From assembly GCA_002269645.1 (NCBI GenBank), contig NIVC01000102.1, positions 701,950-765,949 on the forward strand: a stretch of 64,000 nt of DNA, written 5' to 3'. This DNA comes from Macrostomum lignano (Eukaryota). The notes under the pieces were generated by a model that searched no databases, was not told the DNA's origin, and worked only from the letters and a program-made list of their open reading frames with translations. This document shows positions 12,030 through 24,936 of this stretch, piece after piece. Every line of letters begins with the position of its first letter. Position 1 is the stretch's first letter. Both the position numbers and the translations under genes were made by a program.

Positions 12030-13032
12030 TGTAGAGATCTTCAAACACAGTAGCCTACTAAAAGTAGTAACATAAAGTTATGAATACAAATTTAAAAATA
12101 GCTATGTGTCATACTCTATTTTAGTAATACCAGTCATATCACGCAAACAGCGAGTGGCTATATGCTATTGTTCGAAAAAACCGGTTCTCGACATCTATTT
12201 TTAGAACTTCCAAATATGGTAAATGTTAACCTGAATGTCTATTCAAAAACCCCACCTGTCAAATAATAAAATTCCTTTCGTGAACTCATCAAAAAACCGG
12301 TTTTGAGCTCAAGGTCGACTCAAGACCGAAAAATTGTGTATAAATACAAACGCAAAATCCGAGCTGAAATCTCGGACTCGGAGCAGCCTCCAAAGATATT
12401 GGGCTTTGCAAGAGCAGCCCAACGAGGCTATATCTCTGAGGAAGAGATAAACACCAATTGGTAAGCTTTGTTCAAGTCTTCGTTATTTTGATTATTGAGA
12501 GCGATTGTTATTGCCGGCCGTTACTGTTCAGTTGATTTTATTGAGTCTATTGAGTTTGAGGCCTCCCATTTTCCTAAGGGATTGGATAGGATCTGCGGAC
12601 CGATTCCGATACCCTTAGAGGATTATTGATTTGATTGATTTTGGTTATCCTAGATTAACCGATAGGAGAACACGACTCCGATTCCGTTAGTTCTAGAAGA
12701 AGACGCCCTTTCTGGAGGACCTCGTATAGAAGTTGATTTTGTTACTAGGGCGCATCGTTGACATTGATTTCGGCACTCGAGAATATATTGAATTCTGCAC
12801 TCGAAGAAATACTGCGACGTCGATTTAATTGTTACGCTTTCACTTTCGGCCGATTCTAGACTTCAAGAAGACTACCCCGGGAGGAACAGCTCTAAGGAGA
12901 CGAGCTCTACAGACGCGCGCGACAAAGAAGAGGAGCCCGCAACAGTAAGTGATCACTGATTTTGTTCCCAGGCTTAAGTGTCTGGAAGTAGGAGTTTTCG
13001 GGAGACTGATCACCTCCCGAATCAACTCTTCA
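12030..13032 (+). mobile_element. Probable solo LTR related to the LTRs of the 44.2-54.8 kb element
   Basis: Starts TGTAGAG like the intact LTRs, ends CTCTTCA, and is flanked by GAGG on both sides (12026-12029, 13033-13036). TATAAATACAA at 12339, GTAAGC about 120 nt later, and a second GTAAG about 90 nt before the end give the same layout as the intact LTR. Confidence 0.55.
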
Positions 13033-13547
13033 GAGGTTCTCAAAGTTTCGGACGCGGTGCAGGAAACTTCCTGAATTTTCTTTTCTAAATTTGTCCCTGA
13101 TAGGGGAATAAGCAGTCCAGCTGCAGGCTCAGCCAGCTCAGCCGTGAACCTCGTTCTCTACTCGTTCTCTAAACACCCACCTCCTGGACTCCGGAGGAGG
13201 ACCGCGCTGAGGACGCCGGCACTACCGGATCTCCCTGCGCAGCATTGCTTCCCGTGGTTGCCAGGGGTTAGTGGAATTGGCGGCGAAGACTCAAAGCTGC
13301 ATCCGGTGCCCCGCGGGGCCCCCTCTAGCTGAGTCAGGACAAAGTCACTGTAGTTTGGCATTCACCGCAGGAAATTCAAATTTTTCAACAAATAAAAAAA
13401 TTCTCGGTAACGAGACACGAGTGGGCAAAAAAATCAAATAGAATCCGCTTGCTAAAAATGTTTATTTAAAAGCGATTCGCATCGTCTATCGTTATTACTT
13501 TGACCAATTTCTTAAACAAAACATTTTACCGACAGCTACGAGCAAAA

Positions 13548-14291
13548 ATGCTCAGCGTATCGAACATTGTGGCCTGGATGACTCTTGTCCTTGGCCTCAC
13601 CAATGCCAGCGAGCAGCAGTACAGCCTCATTGACGGCAGCCTCTGCATCAATGCCGAATTCATCGAGTTCCACCCAGCCGTGGTCAGAAAGCTGGCCTGC
13701 GCCTCTCTGTGCTCCCGGAAGCTGCGCTGTCAGGCGTTCAGCCTGGCTGACGGTCCGTGCCAGCTGTTTGTGTTCGACAAGTGCAGCAAGTCGGTGAGGA
13801 GCTGCGGCTGCTCCAGGAGAGGCCGGGTGTTTGTCAAGCAGCGGCCGGGACTCGAGGCGGGCGCGCTGTGTCCGTCTGGCTACGGCATGGACCTGTGCGG
13901 AGTGAAGTACAGGCTGTACTCTGGCATCGGGACGTGGTGGCCGAGCAGGCAGAAGTGCGAGTCAGAGAGCGGTCTGGTCATCATGGCCGACGTGACCAGC
14001 GAGCAGGAGATGAGCCACGTGAACTCCATCTACTCAACCTACAGCTCTGGACAATCGATCTGGCTCGGAGGCCTCCAGCCAGCAGGCAGTGCGGAGCCTC
14101 TGGGCGGCTGGTACTGGGTCGGCTGCAACACCAGCGTTGGCAGCTTCTGGGCTAAGGATCAGCCCGACAATTTCCTCGGAGGAGAAAATGTAATTTCAAA
14201 GTATCTGGATTTTATGGGTCTTACGGATATCGGCGGCAAGTACGATGCTATTTCCAATGTCCTGTGCGAGTGCCTGTCGCCATTTGCTTAA
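13548..14291 (+). CDS. Secreted PAN/apple + C-type lectin domain protein, copy 1 (247 aa, intronless CDS)
   Basis: Signal peptide MLSVSNIVAWMTLVLGLTNA; PAN-like C..LC.....C.AFS....C.L; CTLD with IWLGG, GGWYW, FWAKDQPDN, ENVI and a terminal LCEC. Confidence 0.85.
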   Translation: MLSVSNIVAWMTLVLGLTNASEQQYSLIDGSLCINAEFIEFHPAVVRKLACASLCSRKLRCQAFSLADGPCQLFVFDKCSKSVRSCGCSRRGRVFVKQRPGLEAGALCPSGYGMDLCGVKYRLYSGIGTWWPSRQKCESESGLVIMADVTSEQEMSHVNSIYSTYSSGQSIWLGGLQPAGSAEPLGGWYWVGCNTSVGSFWAKDQPDNFLGGENVISKYLDFMGLTDIGGKYDAISNVLCECLSPFA

Positions 14292-14599
14292 TTCTGAGAA
14301 ACTGCAGATACCAGCAGACAAGAGGAGTCGAATGAAGAAATTTATTCTTAAAACTACATTGCTAACGTTATGAAAGTGACTATCAATAACTTTGAATAGT
14401 TTCCAAAAGTGAATAACTATTCATAAAAAAAATCTCCTGTATAAAGTAGTCTGTTAAATTTCTCAATGCAACTATCTGAAACGGTAGGCAATTCAGCTCG
14501 ACTTTAAGATCATCCTAATAGAAATGCCGAATAATAATTAAAAACTGCTCGAATACAGATATGTTTAAAAGGGCTCCATTATAATGTTGTCTGTGGATC

Positions 14600-14908
<309 letters not shown>

Positions 14909-15394
14909 CTTGTAATTCTTAGGTGTTTATTGGCAATAATAACTTTTTTTAAAAGCACGATATATTCAATATTCAAATTAAGTTACGAGCTAAAATACTA
15001 AATGTGCACCAAATCCTGTTGGTAAAATAATCCAGTTTCAACCTGCTTGTAGTGTAACTGATTCACCAGCCTAATGACTTGTACATGTACATGTACTTAT
15101 AATCTTGCCCCAGTGTACACTGAAGACGGACGTCTGGGCATTCATTCATTCCATACTATTAAAGCTCTCTCTCTATTGCAGCAATGTACACTCTGGCAGT
15201 GGAGTGGTTGGCATTGCCTGTAGGGCTGAGTAACACTTTCAGCCGCATTGTGTATTGCTCAGAGCTGCTCAAACAAGAGAAAGAGACGGGGAGAGGAAGG
15301 AGAGCAGCTGCACTGAAAGCCAAAGGAAAGTGTGGCTTGGATACCGTGTCCGTTTTCAGCTGTACAGCCAGGCCGAGAGAGACCTTTATTTGCT

Positions 15395-15700
15395 TGATTG
15401 CTTGCTTGTCCATGAAGATATCAGAGTTCGCTTGCCTTGACCGATTTTCTTCAAACTTGCACCATTCGATCAGAAACTTTCCCGTGACGGTACATGTGTC
15501 TTGGCTAAGAAATTGCTCGATGCTACGGGGATTAAATATTCGAAAAACATGATTTTTTGCAAAGGTCAAGCAGACTTTTTGACTTGAAATGCATTGTGAG
15601 AATGCTAGAGAAAAAACTGACTGGTTGAAACTCTGATTCTGATAAAGATTGCATCACAACAAAGTGAAACAGTCCTGAGTAATTGATTATGTCATAGCTG
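15395..15700 (+). mobile_element. Dispersed repeat, DINE/HINE-like non-autonomous Helitron-type element (other copies at about 19400-19570, 56085-56420, 59569-59900)
   Basis: Shared core CCGATTTTC(T/A)T(C/G)A(A/G)ACTTGCAC..TTCGATCAGAAA...GGCTAAGAAATTGCT, preceded by a short (GCTT/GTTT)n tract. The family assignment rests on resemblance to DINE-like elements. Confidence 0.55.
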
Positions 15701-17499
15701 CTTCGTATGACTTTTACACGAACTGACTTTGTGTGAGTGTTCCTGTAACGCTCTGGAGATTGAACTGATTGACCAATTTTGATGGCGTTTTCGCAAACAT
15801 TTTTGTAATTATCTGGTAAAAAGCCATTTAAAACTTCTTTAATGCTAAAGGTATTAAATATTTAAAAAACGAGTTTTCCCAATGCTTTTAATGGGAGACC
15901 AAACCAGGTTGAATTCTTGACTGGCTGAATTCCAATTTAAAAAATGATTGCGCCACAACTTTTCCCTCTTCACTGTTTAGGCCCCAATACTTGCTGCTGT
16001 GTGCAAGGGAGAGGAAAATGCTCAGTGGCTGCGTGTGCACATTCTGACCCTGGCTGTCTGACTGGCGGACTCTATAGAAAATTGCTATTTATATATTTCA
16101 CTCAACTGTGCATCGGCTCCCTCCGCCTGCACACAACCTGTACACACTGAGCAGCCTATCACTGCTATGTATTTAACTGCAGTTCTGAAGAATATATGGC
16201 TGATTTTGTTGCCCCCCGATCAATAGGCGGAGTAGCCGCACTGTAGGCACTAGGACTAGGTTTAGGCTATATAGGGCGTAAGGTCCCAGGTTCAAGTCTG
16301 CCTCACAGCGGACAGTTAAAATTAAATTTATTTTTTTGTAGCTTGTGCATCGACTACTTGGAACATTTTTGCTTAACTAACAAGGCACACTAAATAATGA
16401 ACTAAAAAATGAACTATTTTTGCTATTCGGCACAAGTCGCTAAACAAATTTGATTTGTAAAAAGCTGCTTGGAGTATTAGTGATCCCACTGCCTGTATGT
16501 ACCGAAAATTTTTAGATTGTTAAAAGGAAAATTGCAGTTTGCTGAGGAGCCTGAGGAGCCGGTCGAGACGAGAACTGCAGACTGATGAGGGAATAAATGA
16601 GAATTGTTAAGGGAACAGTTGCTAATTGCAAATGGAATGACTGCAGATTGCTGAGGGGAACAGCAAATTGTCGAAGGGATCATTGCAGACTGCACAGGGG
16701 ACAGACTGCAAACTGCTGAGGTAGTTTCTCCATACTTATGAGCGTATAGCTGCAAACTGGTGCGTCAGATAACTGCGGACTGCTTGGGGGATAATGGCAG
16801 ACTGTACGTTGCGCCACAAAATTTGAGCACAGGGGCGTATTCTACTCTACCGGTAATTGACTGCTCGCGGCTGGCTGCCCCTACTCGCTCGTAAAATGAA
16901 AAGTCATAATATAAATCCGTTTTCGACCATCATCCAATAGGCACAATAGCCGCGTTTTTGGCAGACATTAACAGGCATATAGACTAAGCAGAAAGTCAGC
17001 TTCATAGAGAGTTTTAAAATTTTTTTTTAATGATACATTTCTGGGGCAACGTTTTTTTCTACACAGCGATACTAATCATTAGTTGATTAAGGGTTGATTT
17101 GCAGAGAGTACGAGTATCATGAAGTGGTTTCTTAATCTTATGAAGTGGTTTCTAATCTTATGAAGTGGTGCTAATCTGGGTGGAAGTGGTACTATTTGGC
17201 GGGGTGGTGCTAATCTAAGTGGGAATGGTACTAATCTAGAAGGGAGTGATACTAATCTTGCAAAACTGCTGGTGAACCATTGCTAATCTACTAGTTAAGC
17301 ATTATTTTTATTTAAAGCAGTATTTAACAGTATTTAATAGTAATTCAACTAGAAGCCAGTAAAGGGTAAATTTAGTAAAAGTACGAGTTTTGAAAAAATA
17401 TATATATAGTTCTTGAAAGAGTGGCTAAAAATTTTCTACGAATCTTCGAACGGACTTTAACGGCTAATGAAACGAAAGAGTATTATGGTAAGGAATTAT

Positions 17500-18220
17500 A
17501 AAACAAGTACAGCATGAACTTGGTGGAGAGCAATTCATCTAATAGGTGGTTAAGATAGGTATATAGGTATTAATCAGTCAATATCAAACATCGAATGTAA
17601 AGACTGTTGGCAATATTACTTTATTAGGCTTCTAAGAATAAAAGATATTTTTTTAAAAAGGAAATAACCAAAAATATTGCGTTTAAAACAAAGTGTTAGG
17701 TAGGCTTTAGTTGTTAGAAATTAAAGTATTTACGGTATACGAATAGACGCGTAATGCAGTAGCAATTGCATCGGTATTTGTACATAAAAATAGGCAGGGA
17801 CATGTAAAAAGGAGATGTAGCACAAGGGGATAACATGAAAGCTAGCAGGTAGCTATAACAGAGTTGCAAGTGGTTTTAGGTAGGTTAGGAAGGTATTTGT
17901 AGAAATTTGTTTGATTTTGTCGATGGTCTTGACTCTTGAGATCAGTACAGGTTAATTGCTAGAGGTCCCCAGATTTCACAACCATACGTTATTAACTGGT
18001 GGACCAGAGAGTTGAATAGTCTACCGATGAGCATGATGTCCAGCGTGGTGTCTTTGACTTTGTGCAGCAGTGAAGACATTGCAGAATTACTTTGTTTGAT
18101 CTCATAGGCAATGCATCTTTTAAATTTGTTATTGGGTTCAAAGATGATACCCAGGTATTTGAATTCATTGACTTCTTCAATCTGTTGCTTTTCATAGAGG
18201 ATTTCAGGATCGTTCCGCTC
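17500..18220 (-). mobile_element. Decayed LINE ORF2 fragment (C-terminal part of the RT region)
   Basis: IEEVNEFKYLGIIF...LFNSLVHQLITYGCEIWG, typical of CR1/L2/RTE-like ORF2; stops downstream. Confidence 0.75.
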
Positions 18221-18982
18221 ATGACCTGCTGACATGAGCGGAACTTTTCATAAATCGAAAACGAAAAAAACAATTTTTTTAAAAATAATTCACTCGCTTA
18301 AACCATAAAACAAAAGATACATGTCATAATTTTAAGCGCATTTCAAAACGTATAAACTATATTGTAGCTTTTACAAATTTTGGTTTTACAAAAAAAACTT
18401 TTAGAAAAACTTATCAGATTTCGCTTTTATTATATGTTCTTCCAGCTATTCATGGTATATGATTTAGATGTTTGTACCTTAAATTACCTGAAAATTGAAA
18501 CTCATATCACCTGAACGTGCCTGCGGACAAAAAGTATTCCAAAAACCTTTTTTCTCTGGAATAATAGCAATTTCTACTGAGTAGGAATAGCTGCTAGCTG
18601 AAATGCTGTTATTTCTACTAAATAAGTAGTGTAAGAAGAACATTAGCTATTGCGAGAATTGCAATTTTCCTTGCAAGAAAATTGCAATTCTTACGCTTTG
18701 CCTCAAGATAATTGCAATTACATGAAATTTACGCAAGAAAATTGCACGAACCGAAATTTCCGCGCAATTTGGGTGGTCATGTGAAGAAGATACTGAAATT
18801 CAGTACGCTTAGGATATCGTTTCCATATACTACTTACATGTACTTCATTTTACAATAGTAGTATAATTTTGGTTTTTGCGTTAAATCTGCCTAAAAACAA
18901 CCCCATTCTGCCTCTAAGTAGTCACGTCTCGTGCCCAAACCCGGACCTACTTTTTGACATTTTTGAGGCCAAAGAAATTCTT

Positions 18983-19108
18983 AGATGAGCCACGTGGACT
19001 CCATCTACTCAAACTACAGCTCTGGACAATCGATCTGGCTCGGAGGCCGCCAGCCAACAGGCAGTGCGGAGCCTCTGGGCGGCTGGTACTGGGTCGGCTG
19101 CAACATCA
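18983..19108 (+). pseudogene. Internal fragment of the lectin gene (CTLD middle)
   Basis: MSHVDSIYSNYSSGQSIWLGGRQPTGSAEPLGGWYWVGCN, nearly identical to copy 3 and truncated at both ends. Confidence 0.9.
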
Positions 19109-22100
19109 GTTACTTGTCATCATTCTTTCGTAGTTTGGAGTTTTTCTACAACGCCAAGCAACATAATTTACTTGACGGATCATTTCTGAGAAGCGATCCG
19201 TGCTAAGGCCGGTTCGCATCACCGCCAAGTGGCTTCGCAGGTCAAAGATTGCTCAAATCAATGTATGAGTGCATCTAATTTTCCTAGATAAATTTGTTAA
19301 AAAGAATTCGCACAACACTTTACTGCATACGATTGAATGTCCTCTACAAAACTTGTAAAAATATACTAAAATTTGTTCCCTATACTAAAAACGGATTGTC
19401 TGTCGATAGGTATATGATTGATTTCAGAATGAAATGCTTAACCGATTTTCATAATAAATGTACCGTTCGATTAGAAAGTTTTCAGTGACGAGTGTCGAGG
19501 CTTAGAAATTCTTCAATGCTAAGGGGATTAAATATTTTAAAAACATCTTTATTGCAAAGGTCAAGCCGAAGTTTTGACTAATTGATGTATCCACGCTCTG
19601 GTCGCGGGATCTGGTGGGGGAATTTTTTCGGAATCTCCCAGATCTCCTTTGACCCACCGGGCAGAGCTGTAGAGACTGGGCCGGGTCCCTGACCAGGCCA
19701 ACTGACTCCCGCTCTGTTGCATCCCCTGCCGGCTCTGCCTTCCCCATTTTTGATGCGCCCCACCCCAAGTATTATGTACTTCTCATGTTTTAGCCCGTTT
19801 TTCTTGCGCTGTCCCCTTCTCACCCCGTGCTTACAGTATTGCCTGTGCTCACCATCGCCCCATATCCTTTTAGAATCCCAAACGGTGATGCAAGGCTTCT
19901 GACCCTTCCCTCACCCCGATGACTCATCCCCCCTCTTTTCTCAGGCCATTGTTCTCTTCTCAAGATTTCTCATGTGACACCCACCCCTCCTCCACTTCTA
20001 TTGTTCTCGTTTTTGATTCTTTTGTTATCAATAACCTTTATATTACTTAACTATCACATTTTCCCAGATTTTCTAGTTCTTTTGTTCTCCTGTTCGCACC
20101 CAATTAGCACCTTTTCTCCAATGTTTACTTTTCTATTGTTCTCGGTTCTTCCCAATTATCCCCGATTTCCATTTCCTTTGTTCTCGGTCTGGATCCCATT
20201 GTTCTCAATGCTTGCTTGCGCAACACTTCTTCGAGCCCCCGCCGTGCTCATTTCCCCCACCCCTACTCTGGATTGCGCAATTGTCCCATTTCTCATGTTG
20301 CTATGCCGATCTCATGCTTCTCATCATGACTCATTCTGACGTCATTTTCCTGGCAGCCAATCAGAGAGAGGGAGTCATGGAAACGACCTCGGAGCGGCGA
20401 CCGTGAGGACTATTTGAGGAAGCGATTTTCGGCGTGAGAGCCACAAGTCTTTCTTGCTTTCTTTTTTTTGGTAAAACCCTCCCGGAAGGTAAGGTTAGGT
20501 TTTCAAGCCTACCGGATTCCCTCTCGTCCTATCCTCAGACTTGCCGTCAGACGCCGGTCTGACCCCCCGTTCGTCTATAGGACGAACCTCTGCCGGCCTG
20601 CGGTCTGTTACCGCCAAGTTCCTTTAGCTCCCCAAGCGAGCTCGCCTGTCGGCCCGCGGTCTGACACCGCCCAGAATCCTCAGCATCGCCTGTGCCACAT
20701 CAGCGCCTCGTCGCTTCAGCGCATCGCCGCTACACTGTCCGCAGTCTACAGCCGCGCCAGGTCACTCCAACGCTCTCTCTCTGTGAGGCTGCCGGTGAGT
20801 TCCTGTACTAATTTGTACTCTGATTGCCTTGGCTTATCGGGGGTTTGCTTATTTTCCATTGCTTGACTAAAGAACTGAGCCATTTGTGTACCGTACTTTG
20901 CTGTATTTTACTCAATAGTTAAGCCGCCTAATTGCCTGATTATTTCGCCTAAGGGTCTAATTGTTACCGATTACTAAACACCTCATTTTTCACACCTTCA
21001 CTATCATTTCACTCATGGCTTGCTGAGCCTTTCTCCTTGGGTGGCAAAGCATAAGGAAATTTGGGTAAGCTAATAGCCCTCCCCCGTGCAAAGCCCGCCT
21101 GTGAGTGCGTGCTGCGGGTCCGCGTGTGCGTGCAGTAGAGGTAATTAGCGAGTCATGGAACAGAATGGCAGTAGAAAGGTTGCAACACCCTACTTACGCG
21201 TCCCTTCGCCCTGAGCAATCTAAACTATAGCTAGTACATGTTCACCTCACACTACTCTTAGTAATTGAAGCCGCAAGTCCGCCTCATTCACAGCCACAAA
21301 GGATCCCCTGCTGAGAAATGCTCCAGATTGATCCCAGAGTTCCCAAATATGCCCCAAGCAGAGTCCCTGTAACTCGGCTGCATGCGTCCCACCTGTTAGC
21401 CTAAATCCCCTGGTAACCAATCCAGACGGGGCTCTAGCCTCGAAATGTCTGGTTGTAAGATCCAGGTGCGCCAGTCACATAGAGTGGTGGCAGCCATTCG
21501 GTCACACTGTGACCGAGTGACCAATTATTGCACCTTGGCTACAGGTGGGGTCCATGTGGGTCCTTGGCCCTCTGCATGGTCACAACAACGCTACCAAAGT
21601 GGGACAGTCTGGTGCTGGAGGTCCGTCAGGTCATTGCCCGGTCATAGGCAGCCTACGGTCATAATTGCCCCCTATGGTCTTACGCTCTCCTCCCCGCGGA
21701 GCGGACGGTCATCAAGGGCGGTTACATCATAATGAATGCAAAACAAAAAGCCTGACTGACTGAATTCTTTTCCTGATTAAGATTTCACAACAGCCTTTTT
21801 ATTTAACATCAGTTGACGCGCTGAATTGTGACTCAGAGTTTAATTGTGTCAACAATTTGGAAAACACAGTTTGGAAGCAGAGCATAAGACTGCATAGCAA
21901 CTTAGAACTAACTTAACCCTGTCGAACATAAAAAGTCATTGGGGAATTGCTAAGAAGTCATGCGACTCATAGGGTAAATTGCTTTTATGTCAAGTCTCGG
22001 GGGGGATTGCTATAATCCGGTGAGCCTTGTGGATAATTTCGGAGATTTCAAGGCTTACAGGGGGATAGCTGAGATGTGAAGACTCATGGGGAAATTACTG

Positions 22101-22139
22101 AATTGGACTCATAGGGGGTTGCTGATGTAAGGCTCTCTT

Positions 22140-22870
22140 CTAGTTCTAACGGATTCTGCTGTGTTCTTGAGACCTTACAACCGAGATGGCGGTAGACTAT
22201 TATATTTTTCGTTGTCTCATCTTTTTTGATAACTCAAATAACAGATAGGCATTTATTTTGTGAATTAAGTTCTCCAAAAGCAAGGAAGAAAAAGTGCCTC
22301 TCGGGGCTGAACTTCCGTCTATTTTAAAAATACCCACAAGTTCATCCCCAGCTGCCGTCGATGGGGTGGGATGTCGCGTGGTTAACAACGGAAAGTTTTT
22401 CACAAACAGCGCTTGCAATTAGCATTCAACAGCCTTACAGCGAGGGTGGGGCGGTTAGACTCATCCGTTTACTCTGGTTGAGTCAGAGTATTTGGGGGAA
22501 GTCAGTCCTGAGTTCTTCACTGTCCTCTTGTGCGGCCCGGTCCGCGCGTCCATCCCTCGGTTGCTACGCTCCTCGGGGTTGGCCGTCGGTCTTGGACGCC
22601 TCCATAGAAGCGGCGTCCGTACCGGGCTCATTCAATATTCTCCACTCTCCGCCTGTCAGCTGCATCGCCTTTGAGCTTCTTTACTTTGAAATGGATGGTG
22701 GCTGCTGTAGCGTTTTTTTCCGGCGATGCTGCATTCTACTGTGGGCCCTGCTTGTTTGCTGAATTCCATTGTCTTGGCTGCCTCAATATTTATACCTGCT
22801 TCAGTTTTCTCCAGCCTTGCCTCATTTACTGCCCTTGGCTTTGTCTCATTATAAGTCTACAATCTTATAT
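22140..22870. repeat. Dispersed module M, probably a decayed TE (longer copies at about 29940-31330 and 42290-43720)
   Basis: Shared blocks GGATTCTGCTGTG.TCTTGAGA, CCCCTGCCGT.GATGG, TCCATCCCTCGGTTGCTACG and CCATTGTCTTGGCTGCCTCA occur in all three copies. Confidence 0.85.
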
Positions 22871-22989
22871 CTAAAGCTGAGTGGATCGATCGATCGACCG
22901 GCCGGGTTTAATGCGTATCTAAGTCTCTAAGTCTCTAAGTCTAGGCAGTTCTTGAGGATAAATCTAATTCCTTGTAAATAAACAAGGAA

Positions 22990-23770
22990 TAAACACAGAT
23001 TGCCTTTTGCCGGATCCAGTCCCAATTTTTGCCTCAATCAAATTCGGAAAGAGTTGCTTGACGATTAGCCTGGTGCCGTTACACAGCTTTGGGGCATTTA
23101 AATTGCGCAGTAGCACCCACTTTTAACTGGAGGTTGTGCGATGGCGTTCCAGGAGGCTCTAGAGAGCTTAAGAGCTCAATACATAGGAAACTCTACAGCA
23201 TTGTCAGCAGTCATTGTTGTGTCAATTGACTTGTAGCTGATGATATTGCCAGGCAGCTCATTGAGCAGCTGGGAGTTTATACTATTAGCTGCGTCATTCC
23301 TGGGACTCAAAATGGCTCTCTCTGACAGCCAGTCAATGTCAGAAAATCTGTGCGACAGGTTCAGGTAAACTTAGTAGCCTTGAGCTCCTGCATCGAAGAT
23401 GCGATTGTACCGAATGCAGCAATTGGTGACAGCCCATCCTCGGTACTGACCTCCAAGAGATTGATAGAAAATCGATGAGCCGTTTCATCACCACGGCTCT
23501 CTTGTTGATTCTTTGCGGCTGTTGGACGTCCAAACATGTTCAAGGGACGATCCGTCTCGTCTCGTTTCGTTATGGCATACGAGATAAGTTTTGTTCGCCC
23601 CTCATGCTTCAGTCCTCCTTTTCGGATCTTGGGTGCCGCAACCGCGTACGTCACAGATGTAGCTGCAGGCCATATCGATATCATGATGCTGTCATGTCGA
23701 AGGCCATTGAGACGTCACTGTTGAGGTCCTCAGTCCCGTCTGAACGCACGTCTGGCCCCGCAACTTGACA
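22990..23770 (-). mobile_element. Helitron RepHel (PIF1 helicase) remnant, internally deleted
   Basis: DWLSERAILSPRNDAANSINSQLL..LPG...YKSIDT and the LCNGTRL region, with frameshifts; the Walker A/B segment is missing relative to the 54.8-55.6 kb copy. Confidence 0.85.
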
Positions 23771-23889
23771 TTCTGAGCTTAGCCAAGTGGTAAACTTTCT
23801 TGAGTAGTACATAATAAATATACCAACATTCATTGTCCTGAGTATGCTAATATAAAAATTTACTGGTGGAGATTATTTGGGTCTATGAA

Positions 23890-24200
23890 ATTTGCTAGCA
23901 GGAAATCTGCTAGCCGAAGTTTGCTAGCGAGAAATTTGCTTGCCGAAATCTGCTAGCCGAAGTTTGCTAGGCGAAATGTGCTAGCCGAAATCTGCTAGCC
24001 GAAGTTTGCTAGCTGAAATGTGCTAGCCGAAATGTGCTAGCCGAAATCTGCTAGACGAAATCTGCTAGCCGAAGTTTGCTAGCCGAAATCCGCTAGCCGA
24101 AATCCGCTAGCCGAAATCTGCTAGCCGAAATCTGCTAGCCGAAGTTTGCTAGCAGGAATTTTGCAAGCGAGGATTTTGCTAGCCGAAATCTGCTAGCGAT
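23890..24200 (+). repeat. 14-bp tandem array (GCTAGCCGAAATCT)n, left arm of an inverted pair
   Basis: Seen directly. Confidence 0.93.
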
Positions 24201-24936
24201 AATCTAACCAAAACCGGCGAACAGCAATTTACGAAGTTGTAATTTGCTAGAGACATTTTTTATTGTCCAATCTGGACGACTTAATCTGCCGCCTAGCCTT
24301 CGCCGTGGGTTCTCGTACATGTACGTGTTAAAACGCAATCAGTAGATGACGTCATAGACAAAAAGAAAATAAGATTTAGGTTTTAACGTAGGTGGATTGA
24401 AAAGTTCATATACAAGCTATTGAATAAAGAAAATATATTACATCCATGATCACAGGGTAAGAGCTTGTGGGCCACACCTGCATAGAGTTTTTGCTTGTAC
24501 ACAGTGCCGTAAGCGATGGAAAATATCTATACATTAACAATACATATAGCTATAGTAAATTGTACCTTGGACATACATGTATCTAGCAATAGATACTGTA
24601 CACCAACATGTGTGTTACTGTATGCTAAAGTACTGTACATGCTAAAACTGCACTTGGAAATCATCAAAATCATTTATATTTTTTGTCCTATTTTACTCGT
24701 AGACATTTGATAATGTTTTAGCATCATCAGCTGTAAGGCCGTAGTTCAGGTAGCACAGGCAGCTGTAGTTCAGGTAGTTAAATTTAAACTTATCTATACA
24801 CACAACTTTCAGTCTTAATGGCTGGTAGTGGCAGTATATGGTATATAAGTTATATATTTACTCGTACGAATCAAAGCAGCTCAAATCGGAATCAAAACAC
24901 AGCAAATAACATGCAACAGCTACGAGAGCAAGGCAG

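Noticed and set aside
16225-16320. tRNA-like sequence with a B-box (GGTTCAAGTC); similar GGTTCGAATC near 56597
   Set aside because: I could not fold a cloverleaf or find an anticodon arm; at most a SINE relic.
19974-20339. Hydrophobic 121-aa ORF resembling a membrane protein
   Set aside because: Non-ATG start and CT-rich low-complexity DNA with repeated ATTGTTCTC; no recognisable domain.
20300-21730. GC-richer segment with several 60-130-aa ORFs
   Set aside because: No recognisable motif, terminal repeat or second copy in the window; left unannotated.
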